A DNA stretch of 64,000 bases from an uncultured archaeon (GTDB lineage Archaea > Asgardarchaeota > Heimdallarchaeia > Heimdallarchaeales > Heimdallarchaeaceae), in assembly GCA_964534625.1 (NCBI GenBank), contig CAZHRF010000013.1:1612-65611 (forward strand), written 5' to 3'. Positions 9,626 through 18,864 of the stretch are shown piece after piece (position 1 is the stretch's first letter; every line of letters starts with the position of its first letter). The notes under the pieces were generated by a model. That model ran no database searches. It was not told the DNA's origin and worked only from the letters and a program-made list of their open reading frames with translations. Both the position numbers and the translations under genes were made by a program.

Positions 9626-11376
9626 TTTAAAACCTCCAGTATGGATTTTGTTCTCATTAATTCGCTATACTTTGAAGTTTCATCTTTTTGCAAAGCCTTT
9701 CTTGAACCATATTCAATTACTGAACCCCTTTCCAATATTAATATATGATCTACTTTTTTCAACGTATCTAATCTATGTGCAATAATGATTCCTATTTTGT
9801 TTTCTAGTAATTTTTCTACAGTTTTACTAAGTAGTTTTTCTGTTGCAGGATCTATCCTTGATGATGCTTCATCTAATACAACTATTTTAGGTTCTTTTAG
9901 AAAAGCTCGCGTTAAAGCTAATAATTGTGCCTCTCCTGCTGACAGTCCTGTTTCTTCAGAGACAATCTTTGTATCTAATCCATTTGGTAATTGTTCAAAC
10001 CATTCTTGTAAGCCTATACTTTCTATGACCCTAAACAAATCTTCATCTGGGATATTTTTATTGAAAAAAGTTATATTTTCTCTCAGATTGCCTTCAAATA
10101 ATTCTACATCTTGTGTTACATAGGCAATTGAACTACGCAATTCATTTAATTTGTAATTACGTATGTCCTCTTCATTGATTTTAATTGACCCTTCATCTAT
10201 TTCATATAAACGAAATAATAAACGAGAGAGAGTGGTTTTTCCAGAACCTGTCCTTCCTATCAACCCTAATACGTTTCCTCTAGTTAAATTAAAAGAAATG
10301 TTTTTTAGAACTTCTTCTTCCGGAGTATATGAAAAAGATAAATTTTCAAAAGTTAAGGAATTGATCTCTTTTGGCATTTCTTCCGGTTTTTTGGCTGTTT
10401 TTATCACTGATTCTGTTTCAAACAGCTCTTCTATTCTTTGTATTGATGCATTAGCAGCTTGAAAGTCTTGGATCTGTCTTAAAGCAACGGATATCGGATT
10501 TAAGATCATTCCAGTATAAATATGAATTAAGAAGATTGTTCCAATAGATATGATACCAGCATTGTATAGTGGTACGCTGATCAAAAATACAATGAATGTT
10601 GAAATACCTCGTAATAATCTCCAGGTTATTGTATAAGTAAGTGATTTCAGTATGGCAGATTTAGATGTTTCATATTCGGATTTGGAAGCATCATAAAATT
10701 TCTTGTAAATATACTCTACAAACCCATTTGCTTTTGTATCTTCTATTGCAGCAATACTTTCTTCAATTTGACCATATAATATCATAGATTTGCCTCTGGC
10801 TTCTTTCCAATTCTTTACAGATATGTCGCGGAGAAGATACATTAGAATAATTGATATAATTGTATATACTAAGAAAACTATTCCCAATAAAGTATTCTCA
10901 ACAAAAACAACTGTGACTGTACCTATTAGAATTAAGAGTACAGATAGTATTCTCAAAACAAACTGTGAGAAAAAGTTAGAAAGTGTTCCTACATCGCCGT
11001 CTATTCTTTCTATCATCTCTCCTGGTTTGTATTGATTATGAAAACTCATATCTAACCCGATACAATGTTTGATCAAATCACTCCTCAAGTCATTGGTACT
11101 TGTCCAACTTAAATCTTGGATAAGGTACGATTGTAGCATATCTATAAATGATTTTATGATAGAAAAAATCAAATAAAGCAAACCAGCAAAAATTAACCTG
11201 TTAATGATTTGGCTTGTCTGGACGACATCAATATAATAACGAATAACTTGGGGTAATAACAAATCTAAACTAGTGAAAATTAAAAGTGAGATAGCCAAAG
11301 CAAGAATTTTAAGTTTATATGGACCAACATATTGCAATTGTAGATCCCAATATTTTTTAACAGATAAGGTGGGCAT
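9622..11376 (-). CDS. ABC transporter, fused permease/ATPase (partner half-transporter)
   Basis: TM domain plus Walker A GRTGSGKTT, a degenerate signature LSAGEAQ, and Walker B IVVLDEASSRID. This suggests a heterodimeric exporter with one degenerate site. Confidence 0.85.
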   Translation of the reverse strand: MPTLSVKKYWDLQLQYVGPYKLKILALAISLLIFTSLDLLLPQVIRYYIDVVQTSQIINRLIFAGLLYLIFSIIKSFIDMLQSYLIQDLSWTSTNDLRSDLIKHCIGLDMSFHNQYKPGEMIERIDGDVGTLSNFFSQFVLRILSVLLILIGTVTVVFVENTLLGIVFLVYTIISIILMYLLRDISVKNWKEARGKSMILYGQIEESIAAIEDTKANGFVEYIYKKFYDASKSEYETSKSAILKSLTYTITWRLLRGISTFIVFLISVPLYNAGIISIGTIFLIHIYTGMILNPISVALRQIQDFQAANASIQRIEELFETESVIKTAKKPEEMPKEINSLTFENLSFSYTPEEEVLKNISFNLTRGNVLGLIGRTGSGKTTLSRLLFRLYEIDEGSIKINEEDIRNYKLNELRSSIAYVTQDVELFEGNLRENITFFNKNIPDEDLFRVIESIGLQEWFEQLPNGLDTKIVSEETGLSAGEAQLLALTRAFLKEPKIVVLDEASSRIDPATEKLLSKTVEKLLENKIGIIIAHRLDTLKKVDHILILERGSVIEYGSRKALQKDETSKYSELMRTKSILEVLK

Positions 11377-11492
11377 TAGAGTTCAACCTATAAGTAATAT
11401 GATTAAAACTATATTAACTCCTTATATTAACCTACTGAGTTTAACTCAAAAGTGTAAAAAACAGCTTAATTTTTATAATATATAATCTTATT

Positions 11493-12182
11493 TTATTGAT
11501 TTGTTGTATGGTTTTCTATTGGTCCCAGATGCTTCTCTTTTGAAAAAAGTTCTATTTCTTTTTCTTTACTCTTGGACACATATTTATTATTTATCAGAAA
11601 ATATCTTAACTTCCAATCTGTAGCTTTTGATATGCCTATTCTGGTTGATACACCTATTCTTTCTTCTATCTCCAATCTCTTTAACGAGTTTGCACGTATT
11701 GTTAAATCACTAGTTATAAATGAATGTTTATTGAAATCTGTATTAATTTGTAATGCTTGGCATAATTTGCTTGGCCCATTGGTTAATTCTTTTCCTTTTT
11801 TTCCTTTCCTATTTTGCATCATTTTTTCTTTTCTTTGTATTGGTTCTATAGCCCTAAATAGTACACACCCTTTTCTATCCCCATCTTCGGTTATAGCATT
11901 TAAGCAGTAATAAATACCATAAATTAGATATACATAAATAGTAGACGGCCCTTCAAGAAACACAGCATTTCTTTTGGTTCTGTTGCCATAAAAATGGCAG
12001 GCGGGATCCTTACTCCCCAAATAAGCTTCAGTTTCAACAATTTTTCCTACAAGATAATCGCCATTTTCTGCGTTTCTTACAAGATTTTTTCCCAATAAAT
12101 CCACTGCAACTTCTCTGCAATCTCTACAATAAAACGATAATGGAAGAATTTTTTCTTTTTCTAATGAAAAGGAATTAGTCAT
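11493..12182 (-). CDS. mpg: DNA-3-methyladenine glycosylase (AAG/Mpg family)
   Basis: FYCRDCREVAVDLLGKNLVR and GKIVETEAYLGSKDPACHFYGNRTKRNAVF, followed by IYVYLIYGIYYCLN, are characteristic of the Mpg/AAG family. Confidence 0.85.
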   Translation of the reverse strand: MTNSFSLEKEKILPLSFYCRDCREVAVDLLGKNLVRNAENGDYLVGKIVETEAYLGSKDPACHFYGNRTKRNAVFLEGPSTIYVYLIYGIYYCLNAITEDGDRKGCVLFRAIEPIQRKEKMMQNRKGKKGKELTNGPSKLCQALQINTDFNKHSFITSDLTIRANSLKRLEIEERIGVSTRIGISKATDWKLRYFLINNKYVSKSKEKEIELFSKEKHLGPIENHTTNQ

Positions 12183-12188
12183 CTTTTA

Positions 12189-12374
12189 TCATGTTAGATT
12201 CAAGATTAATATTTCTTTTCCAATCAAGCAGAAATATATTATGACGACAAGAAGAATAAAAGCAATTTTTAAAAAGTTGTGACTCATGAAAGTACCAACC
12301 CATACGACCTCTTTAGCGATAACAGAAGAGGAATTAGTGAAAAAAGGATAGCTGGATCCATATTTTTTTGACAT
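12189..12374 (-). CDS. Small hydrophobic protein, hypothetical
   Basis: 61-aa ORF with one clear TM segment (IAFILLVVIIYFCLIG), ending 6 nt upstream of mpg on the same strand. Confidence 0.25.
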   Translation of the reverse strand: MSKKYGSSYPFFTNSSSVIAKEVVWVGTFMSHNFLKIAFILLVVIIYFCLIGKEILILNLT

Positions 12375-12740
12375 AAAACCAATTCAATATATTAAATTAA
12401 AATAAAATAAAATAAAAAAATCAGTAACCTATCAAGTGGAATTTGGCTACTAATGTTAACTCTTTCGATCTTGAATGCTTTTCAACTGGTTTTTCTTGGA
12501 AATATTTTCCTTGGGGTTTTTTTTGTACTTTTTCTGCCATTTTGTTTCACCAAGTAATAAGACTCAGTCATATATAATAAGGAGTTTTAAAATTTAGTCT
12601 TTAAACATCTAAAAATTCCCTTTTATTCGATTGTTTGGGTGGTTGAAAGTTTGTTATTTCTATTTTAGCTAATAATTGCAAAAGTTAAACGTTTTAACCA
12701 AACAGTTTAATCTGCTTTTTTCGTTTAGTAGGGGCATGAC

Positions 12741-13355
12741 TTGGCATATTCAAGTCAAATGAATCAAAATATCTGTTTTTCCAAAAAGTATAAAATGGGA
12801 AACATAAAAGTGGTAATAGTGATACAATTGGAAAATAAAACGCTTATAGCATATGATACCCGATATGGTGCCACAGAGGAAGTTGCTGCTGTTATACAGA
12901 AAGTATTAGAAAAGAAATTTAATATGGATGTTGAAATTTTTAGATTAAAGGAAGGTAGAGTAAGACCTGATCTTAACAAATTTAATAACGTAGTGATCGG
13001 TAGTGGAATCAAGTATGGAAAATGGTGTCCTGAAGTACTAGAATACTTGAAGAATGACTTTTCAGATAAAAAATTAGCCGTATATATCTGTTCTGGTTAT
13101 GCTGGCGAGGAAGATCTTTATGATCAAGCATATAATAACTTTCTAAAAGCTGTAGTTGATGAAAATAACTTAGAACCAGTGAAGATGGAAGCTTTTGGTG
13201 GTCGAGTACCCATGACACAAATTCCTGGGCTTTATATCATGCGTATTCTACGTAGATTACCTGAATTTCAAAAAGATGGCAGAGATTGGGACAAAATTGA
13301 AAAATGGGCTGAAAACTTAGGTCAAGAATTTATTGAAGAAAAAGAAGAACAGTAA
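12741..13355 (+). CDS. Flavodoxin-like fold protein (HemG/Flavodoxin_5-like)
   Basis: KTLIAYDTRYGATEEVAAVI is a flavodoxin-type N-terminal phosphate-binding pattern, followed by VVIGSGIKYGKW. The true start is probably the internal Met at MGNIKVV. Confidence 0.55.
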   Translation: MAYSSQMNQNICFSKKYKMGNIKVVIVIQLENKTLIAYDTRYGATEEVAAVIQKVLEKKFNMDVEIFRLKEGRVRPDLNKFNNVVIGSGIKYGKWCPEVLEYLKNDFSDKKLAVYICSGYAGEEDLYDQAYNNFLKAVVDENNLEPVKMEAFGGRVPMTQIPGLYIMRILRRLPEFQKDGRDWDKIEKWAENLGQEFIEEKEEQ

Positions 13356-13444
13356 GTTATTTTATTTCTCTTTAACTCTTTTTTAGAAAGAAAAGAAAAG
13401 GAAGCAATTGATTAAATGATAGAATTACCTTTTTATCGTTGTTT

Positions 13445-13756
13445 TTAAACCAGAAGAACAATTAAAGCAGTTGCAACAAGAGAAATAAAAGCTAAGACGG
13501 CCTCAAAATCTATGGAGCTGTTTTTTATCTTTGATTCTTTTTCCTTAAATATTTCTTCTGAAGGTCTATGATCAATAATATATTTAGTCTCTGTAACGTT
13601 TTTAGTTTCAGTAACGTTTTTAGTTTCAGTAACGTTTTTAGTTGCCATTAAAATAAGAAAAATTGAGGCACTTATATATGTTATTTTGTAACGTTTTTCT
13701 CTATCTGTACTGATTTTTATTGATATTGGGATCATTTGGTAAGATGATACGGGCAC
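13445..13756 (-). CDS. Small tail-anchored protein with TKNVTE x3 repeat; start uncertain (alternative Met at 13648)
   Basis: C-terminal TM segment VLAFISLVATALIVLLV. The internal hexapeptide repeat is encoded by an 18-bp tandem repeat. Confidence 0.3.
   Translation of the reverse strand: MPVSSYQMIPISIKISTDREKRYKITYISASIFLILMATKNVTETKNVTETKNVTETKYIIDHRPSEEIFKEKESKIKNSSIDFEAVLAFISLVATALIVLLV
13593..13646. repeat. 18-bp tandem repeat, about 3 copies (gtaacgtttttagtttca)
   Basis: Direct reading: unit at 13593-13610 and 13611-13628, and a slightly diverged third unit at 13629-13646. Confidence 0.9.
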
Positions 13757-13856
13757 AATACAGAGGCGAGAAGTTTTTGTTTTATATATTTTCTTTAATT
13801 ATTAGTTAACCAATTCTTTTTTATATGTTAAATGATAAATATATTATTTAGAGAGG

Positions 13857-14507
13857 ATGCATATGCTTCGAAAAAGAAAAAAGGTTAATGAAATCACCAA
13901 ATCTCTTTGGAATTCAGCTATTATAATAGTTGGTACTATCGAACAGATGATTGAATTATTTAAGGATTCATTATTATTTGAACCTGGCATTGAGGGGAGG
14001 AATAACAAGATTCAGTTAATGAGAGATAACATTGTAGTTTTCATTGAACAAATAGAACAGCTTCTCGTTGAAAGAGATGAAGAAATCAAAGAGAAGGGTA
14101 TAGCTTTAATCTATTCGAGTATTTTTAATGATTTGCGCCTGATAGCAGAATTTATTCGAGATACTAGTGGAATTGTCAGTTCTGAATTTAAAGAATTACA
14201 AATTGGGCTTATAGATGAACTGGTTTCACTACAAACGCATACGACCAATGCAATTCATGTGCTTAGTAGGCTTTTACATAGTTTCCATTTGAAAAAAGAA
14301 TTACCCGTCAAATATCAGATAGATGAACTTGAATATGCAGCGTATGAGCACAATAAAATGATCATTACCAAATTACATAATGAAGCTGAAGACTGGAAAA
14401 CAGCTCTATTTGTTAAGATAATTGCAGAACAAATGCTAAGAATAATTTATCTAAGTTTAGATTCAGCAAGTAAAATCGTAATGGTTAAAAAAATTACCAG
14501 TAAATGA
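13857..14507 (+). CDS. Hypothetical all-helical protein
   Basis: 216-aa ORF with a helical heptad-like composition. No family recognised. Confidence 0.35.
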   Translation: MHMLRKRKKVNEITKSLWNSAIIIVGTIEQMIELFKDSLLFEPGIEGRNNKIQLMRDNIVVFIEQIEQLLVERDEEIKEKGIALIYSSIFNDLRLIAEFIRDTSGIVSSEFKELQIGLIDELVSLQTHTTNAIHVLSRLLHSFHLKKELPVKYQIDELEYAAYEHNKMIITKLHNEAEDWKTALFVKIIAEQMLRIIYLSLDSASKIVMVKKITSK

Positions 14508-14705
14508 AAATTACTGTCTCATCCTTTATTCTGCCATTTTGAGATAATGGGTCGATTTTTTCTCTTAACTAAGAGTGTAAATCAGAGATTAAAAATTAAA
14601 TGAATATCTGTAGAAAAACGAATTGTTGTTAAATTTGTTTTTAAAATCTCAAGATAATAAACAGCAATAAAATAAAAAAAAGAAGGAAGGTTAAAGATCT
14701 ATAGA

Positions 14706-16898
14706 TCAATTCAAATAGAAGTAACTTCCAGTGTTTCCATCATATTGTTCGGGTGTGTCTCCTCCAGAATACGGATAAGCGTTCAGAGCGTATGAAAAAA
14801 CATCCTCTAAAGCTACATTGGAAGAACCACCATAATGATCAATCCACGCATATTCTAGGAAGTAATGAGTCCATGCACCGTTTTCTGCTGAGGGGTAATC
14901 ATATCCATAGCCGTTATCGCTACATGTCGTTGTAAGATAGACTTTATCACTATTTGACATACCCATTAATTCTGGTCCAAATCCTCCAGAATAACAGTGA
15001 TCAATGAAAACAAAGATCTTTTCTGCAACAGATTGTTCAAGAATTGCTTGTAACTCCGTATCGTAAAGATTACCATCTTCACCACTTTCTCCAGAATTAC
15101 TATCCCAAGCACATAGGAAACTTGAACCATATCCGTCCCCGCTACCATGTCCCGATGTTGTGAAAGTTATCACATCATCTTCATCTGCAGTATTTACCAA
15201 CCAATTTAGGTAATATTTCATATTGTATTCGGTTGCTTTAGCATCGTATTTAGGATAATTAGTTGTATGACCATCACCTAGAACCTTAACATTGGAACTA
15301 CTCCAACCAAGATTATTAGTGAAATGATGATACCAATCGGTAGCATCTTCATCGCAGTAAGATAAATCGCTAATGGCTTTATAGTCAGAAATACCAACTA
15401 TTACAGCATAATAATTAGTGATACCATCGCCACCACTGCTACCACCGCCACCATCATCAGGTGTAACAGTAACAGTGATTGAATAAGAACCGCTACCAGA
15501 ATAAGCGAAACTACCTACATACCATGTACCAAATACAGCAGGGGGTTCAACAGTCATTGTTTCAGGACTAGTTGAATATCCAGAATACTGTGCATTGGCT
15601 ATCTCGTCGCTGGTTGACGATTCAGTTGACGTCCAACCACCAGTTCGAGCACCATTTGAATCCCAAACAGACAAATCATAATCTGCACCAGAAGGCATGC
15701 TCATTGATACTTCAATTAATGCCGTATCAGAAGGTACGTCAAACGCATGTTGGGTGCTTTGTTCTTTTTCAGCTAAAGAGTCTGAAAATGTATATGTGAC
15801 AGGTTCATCTGCAGTACTGGTATCAATAGTAAATGAAACGGAATCAGTAGCTGAATTACCCGCGTTATCATAAGCACGGACAGTAACACTATGACTTCCA
15901 TCAGCTAAACCAGTATAAGAATGACTTGTACTTGTGCCTTTGTTGACCCATGAACCAGAGTTCAATTGGATTTCATAATAGTCAATACCGCTATCTGCGT
16001 CAGATCCCGACCATTCAATAGTTACATCTCCGGTTGTAAAACTAGCACCATCAGAAGGTGAAGTTATGCTTATTGTTGGAGGTGTCGTGTCAGGGTCAGT
16101 CGTGCTTCCTTCATCGGGTGTAACAGTAACAGTGATTGAATAAGAACCGCTACCAGAATAAGCGAAACAACCTACATACCATGTACCAAATACAGCAGGG
16201 GGTTCAACAGTCATTGTCTCAGGACTAGTTGAATATCCAGAATACTGTGCATTGGCTATCTCGTCGCTGGTTGACGATTCAGTTGACGTCCAACCACCAG
16301 TTCGAGCACCATTTGAATCCCAAACAGACAAATCATAATCTGCACCAGAAGGCATGCTCATTGATACTTCAATTAATGCCGTATCAGAAGGTACGTCAAA
16401 CGCATGTTGGGTGCTTTGTTCTTTTTCAGCTAAAGAGTCTGAAAATGTATATGTGACAGGTTCATCGCTTCCCCCACCACTTCCACCTTCATACTCTATA
16501 TAATCGATGGCAAAACCCCATTCGGTGACAGAATAATCGGTTTGCAAACGGACACTAATTGTATCGCCATAACTCCATGCAGTCCATCCACCACTTGAAT
16601 ATGTACCAGTGAGTTTATGCAGTTGTGAACCACTATAATCATAGACATATAAGAAGTCATAATCTTTTTCTACTTCTATTTTACTGAAATGTACACGTAT
16701 TTGTGTAGCGTCAGTTTTTTGAATATGCCACGTATAGTCGAAATCATTTTCATACGGATGAGCACTTTCAAGAGAATAGGGTTCTTGAGTTGATCTTGCT
16801 ACCATTCCTTCTTTTGCATTGGCAAAAGGTACCATTGCTAGAAATAGTAGGACAATCGCTAGTCCTACAAATATTTTTTTGGTTTTCATATTAATCAA
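14706..16898 (-). CDS. Secreted multidomain protein: signal peptide, CUB-like domain, two duplicated beta-sandwich (PPC-like) domains flanking an Ig-like domain, and a C-terminal caspase-like (C14-type) domain
   Basis: Signal peptide KKIFVGLAIVLLFLAMVPFANA. The CUB-like segment runs from HPYENDFDYTWHIQ to VRLQTDYSVTEWGFAIDYIEY. The caspase-like block contains YAVIVGISDY, TTSGHGSG (catalytic His) and FIDHCYSGGFG (catalytic Cys). Confidence 0.7.
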   Translation of the reverse strand: MINMKTKKIFVGLAIVLLFLAMVPFANAKEGMVARSTQEPYSLESAHPYENDFDYTWHIQKTDATQIRVHFSKIEVEKDYDFLYVYDYSGSQLHKLTGTYSSGGWTAWSYGDTISVRLQTDYSVTEWGFAIDYIEYEGGSGGGSDEPVTYTFSDSLAEKEQSTQHAFDVPSDTALIEVSMSMPSGADYDLSVWDSNGARTGGWTSTESSTSDEIANAQYSGYSTSPETMTVEPPAVFGTWYVGCFAYSGSGSYSITVTVTPDEGSTTDPDTTPPTISITSPSDGASFTTGDVTIEWSGSDADSGIDYYEIQLNSGSWVNKGTSTSHSYTGLADGSHSVTVRAYDNAGNSATDSVSFTIDTSTADEPVTYTFSDSLAEKEQSTQHAFDVPSDTALIEVSMSMPSGADYDLSVWDSNGARTGGWTSTESSTSDEIANAQYSGYSTSPETMTVEPPAVFGTWYVGSFAYSGSGSYSITVTVTPDDGGGGSSGGDGITNYYAVIVGISDYKAISDLSYCDEDATDWYHHFTNNLGWSSSNVKVLGDGHTTNYPKYDAKATEYNMKYYLNWLVNTADEDDVITFTTSGHGSGDGYGSSFLCAWDSNSGESGEDGNLYDTELQAILEQSVAEKIFVFIDHCYSGGFGPELMGMSNSDKVYLTTTCSDNGYGYDYPSAENGAWTHYFLEYAWIDHYGGSSNVALEDVFSYALNAYPYSGGDTPEQYDGNTGSYFYLN
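15454..15809. repeat. Copy 2 of a 356-bp intragenic direct repeat (period 657 bp)
   Basis: Manual alignment to 16111-16466 shows 3 mismatches in 356 bp. It encodes DEPVTYTFSDSLAEKEQ...SITVTVTPD. Confidence 0.95.
16111..16466. repeat. Copy 1 of a 356-bp intragenic direct repeat
   Basis: See 15454-15809. The identical 75-aa shadow ORFs at 15572-15799 and 16229-16456 in the ORF track are a by-product of this repeat. Confidence 0.95.
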
Positions 16899-17149
16899 AT
16901 TGTTATTTTTTATGTGGAGATGTTAGACACCATCCACACACGCATAAATTCAAAATAATATATTTAAGTGTTTGTAAAAAATTGCAAAATTGAAGACTCA
17001 CTCGATGAAAGGGGGGTACACTAAAACTTCAGAAACTCCTTTCTGCCTTACATGAACCTACGTTAAAACATTTTTTAGAACAGCTGAAAGTAGTTTGCAT
17101 GTTGTTAATCAAAATCAATAGTCTTAATGTGTAGTAACAGGAAAAATGT

Positions 17150-18754
17150 TTATCCAAATAATTGCTTAAAGCAGTTATCAAAATCTGATGAAGTTATATC
17201 AGTGTAACAAGCAAGCAAGTTGGATCTTAAATCATTTATATCCATTTCTTTAGTCAGCTTAGTTATATCTAATTTTTCTAAGAGACTTTTGGTAATAGGT
17301 CGTTTGTTATCCCAAAAAATGAAACTTTTGTAAAATTCATTGGCAATAGAACTATTAAGACAGTGGGATAAAATCAAGCCTTCTAATTTAGTTTTAACAG
17401 GGATGAAATAGACTGTATCGTCTACCATAACAGGTTTGGTATCACAAGGACTCACTAATTCGAAGTTAAGGAAATTATACATAGCAGCAATAGCAACTTT
17501 GTAAGGTGTAAAACTATATGAACCAATACCAAAAATAGAAAAAAGAGGTTTGTTAAAATAGATAGAACTTTTACGAGAATCAAGGTGATTTTTGTACCTA
17601 GTGAGATAATCCCACGTAAGAGGAGCTTGTTCTTTAATAAGTGAAGTATCTTGACCAATGAATTGCTGAGTGACAATAACATACCTAGAAGGAGAATCAG
17701 TTCGACCATTGGCAATATCGGAACTTTTTAACAGTGGATAAAGAAATGTATCTTCTAATTGAAAAATATCGTGAAAACCATTCTTGTAGAAGTGATCTTT
17801 GACCTTAGTTAATACCATGACTTTTGTAGCATCATGTTTAAGACCAGAACGCCACTCAAAATGGTTTTTTCCTTGTAAATGTTTCCATTTGTAATAAAAA
17901 GAACTATTGGCAATTAATTGCCCATCAGAATAAATGAGTTCATTTATTGGTGAAGGATTTGCAAGATTAGCATAAACCAAACATTTAGATGAAGAATCAT
18001 CAAGGATAGATCCTGCAGAAGGAAATGAAGCATAAAATAAACAAGCATCAACAGTGACATCAAAATATTTTTTGGCGTCAATTGGAAAAATCTTAGAAAT
18101 AGAAGAAATGTGCTGAAAATGCAAATAGTCAAAAACTTTTCGGGCAACACTCGATTTACAAAGAAAAGCAAGTGTACTTTGGTGCATGTACATAGAATCA
18201 ATAAGAGAAATAAGCATAGATTCAGAAATATCAAAATTACCTTGACCTGTGGTTACGTCTATTCCTCTCAAGTTACGAAAATTAGACTTAACAGGAAGGT
18301 TGGAGCCTTCAATAGCACTAAGAGTAGAGGAAGTGACCCAAGGGAGATTACCAATAACTAAAAAAGGCTGATCGATTGAGGTAAAAAAATTTATCCAATC
18401 AAAAGAAAAGAAGTCGTGGATGGAAAAATGGACATTTGGATGAGCAAAAAACCGTTCTTTGGTAGTTTTAATATATTGGGCATTGATATCCATGGCATAT
18501 ATAGAAGAATCAGGAAAAAAGGTAACCGCTGCATCAATGAACGAGCCCAAACCACAAGTAGGCTCAATTATTGTTTCAGGGGGAGAAATTAAAGAACTAT
18601 GTAAGAACTCTAGAACTCTTTCAGCTAAATCTAAAGGTGTCTGGAAGTCTCCATATTCTTTTTTTCTTTTATTCATTGTGATCCCCATTGGATTATGTTG
18701 TGTGAAATAATTTTTTGCTGAATATGTATGTTTCGATAACTCGCGAAGATTCAA
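17150..18754 (-). CDS. SAM-dependent N6-adenine-type DNA methyltransferase, no adjacent nuclease (orphan)
   Basis: GDFQTPLDLAERVLEFL (FxTP motif), EPTCGLGSFI (motif I) and VIGNLPWV (NPPY-variant motif IV), with a long C-terminal target-recognition-like region. Confidence 0.65.
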   Translation of the reverse strand: MNLRELSKHTYSAKNYFTQHNPMGITMNKRKKEYGDFQTPLDLAERVLEFLHSSLISPPETIIEPTCGLGSFIDAAVTFFPDSSIYAMDINAQYIKTTKERFFAHPNVHFSIHDFFSFDWINFFTSIDQPFLVIGNLPWVTSSTLSAIEGSNLPVKSNFRNLRGIDVTTGQGNFDISESMLISLIDSMYMHQSTLAFLCKSSVARKVFDYLHFQHISSISKIFPIDAKKYFDVTVDACLFYASFPSAGSILDDSSSKCLVYANLANPSPINELIYSDGQLIANSSFYYKWKHLQGKNHFEWRSGLKHDATKVMVLTKVKDHFYKNGFHDIFQLEDTFLYPLLKSSDIANGRTDSPSRYVIVTQQFIGQDTSLIKEQAPLTWDYLTRYKNHLDSRKSSIYFNKPLFSIFGIGSYSFTPYKVAIAAMYNFLNFELVSPCDTKPVMVDDTVYFIPVKTKLEGLILSHCLNSSIANEFYKSFIFWDNKRPITKSLLEKLDITKLTKEMDINDLRSNLLACYTDITSSDFDNCFKQLFG

Positions 18755-18864
18755 TTAATAATTACACGTGCAGAATAAAAGGTATACTGCAGACAAAAAT
18801 CGCGTTGTAAATGAGATATAATGTAACCACTATTTTTATTAATTGATTAGAAGAAAGGGATTTA

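Noticed and set aside
15572-16456. Two identical 75-aa + strand ORFs (15572-15799 and 16229-16456).
   Set aside because: They are antisense shadows of the 356-bp duplication inside the caspase-like gene, not independent genes.
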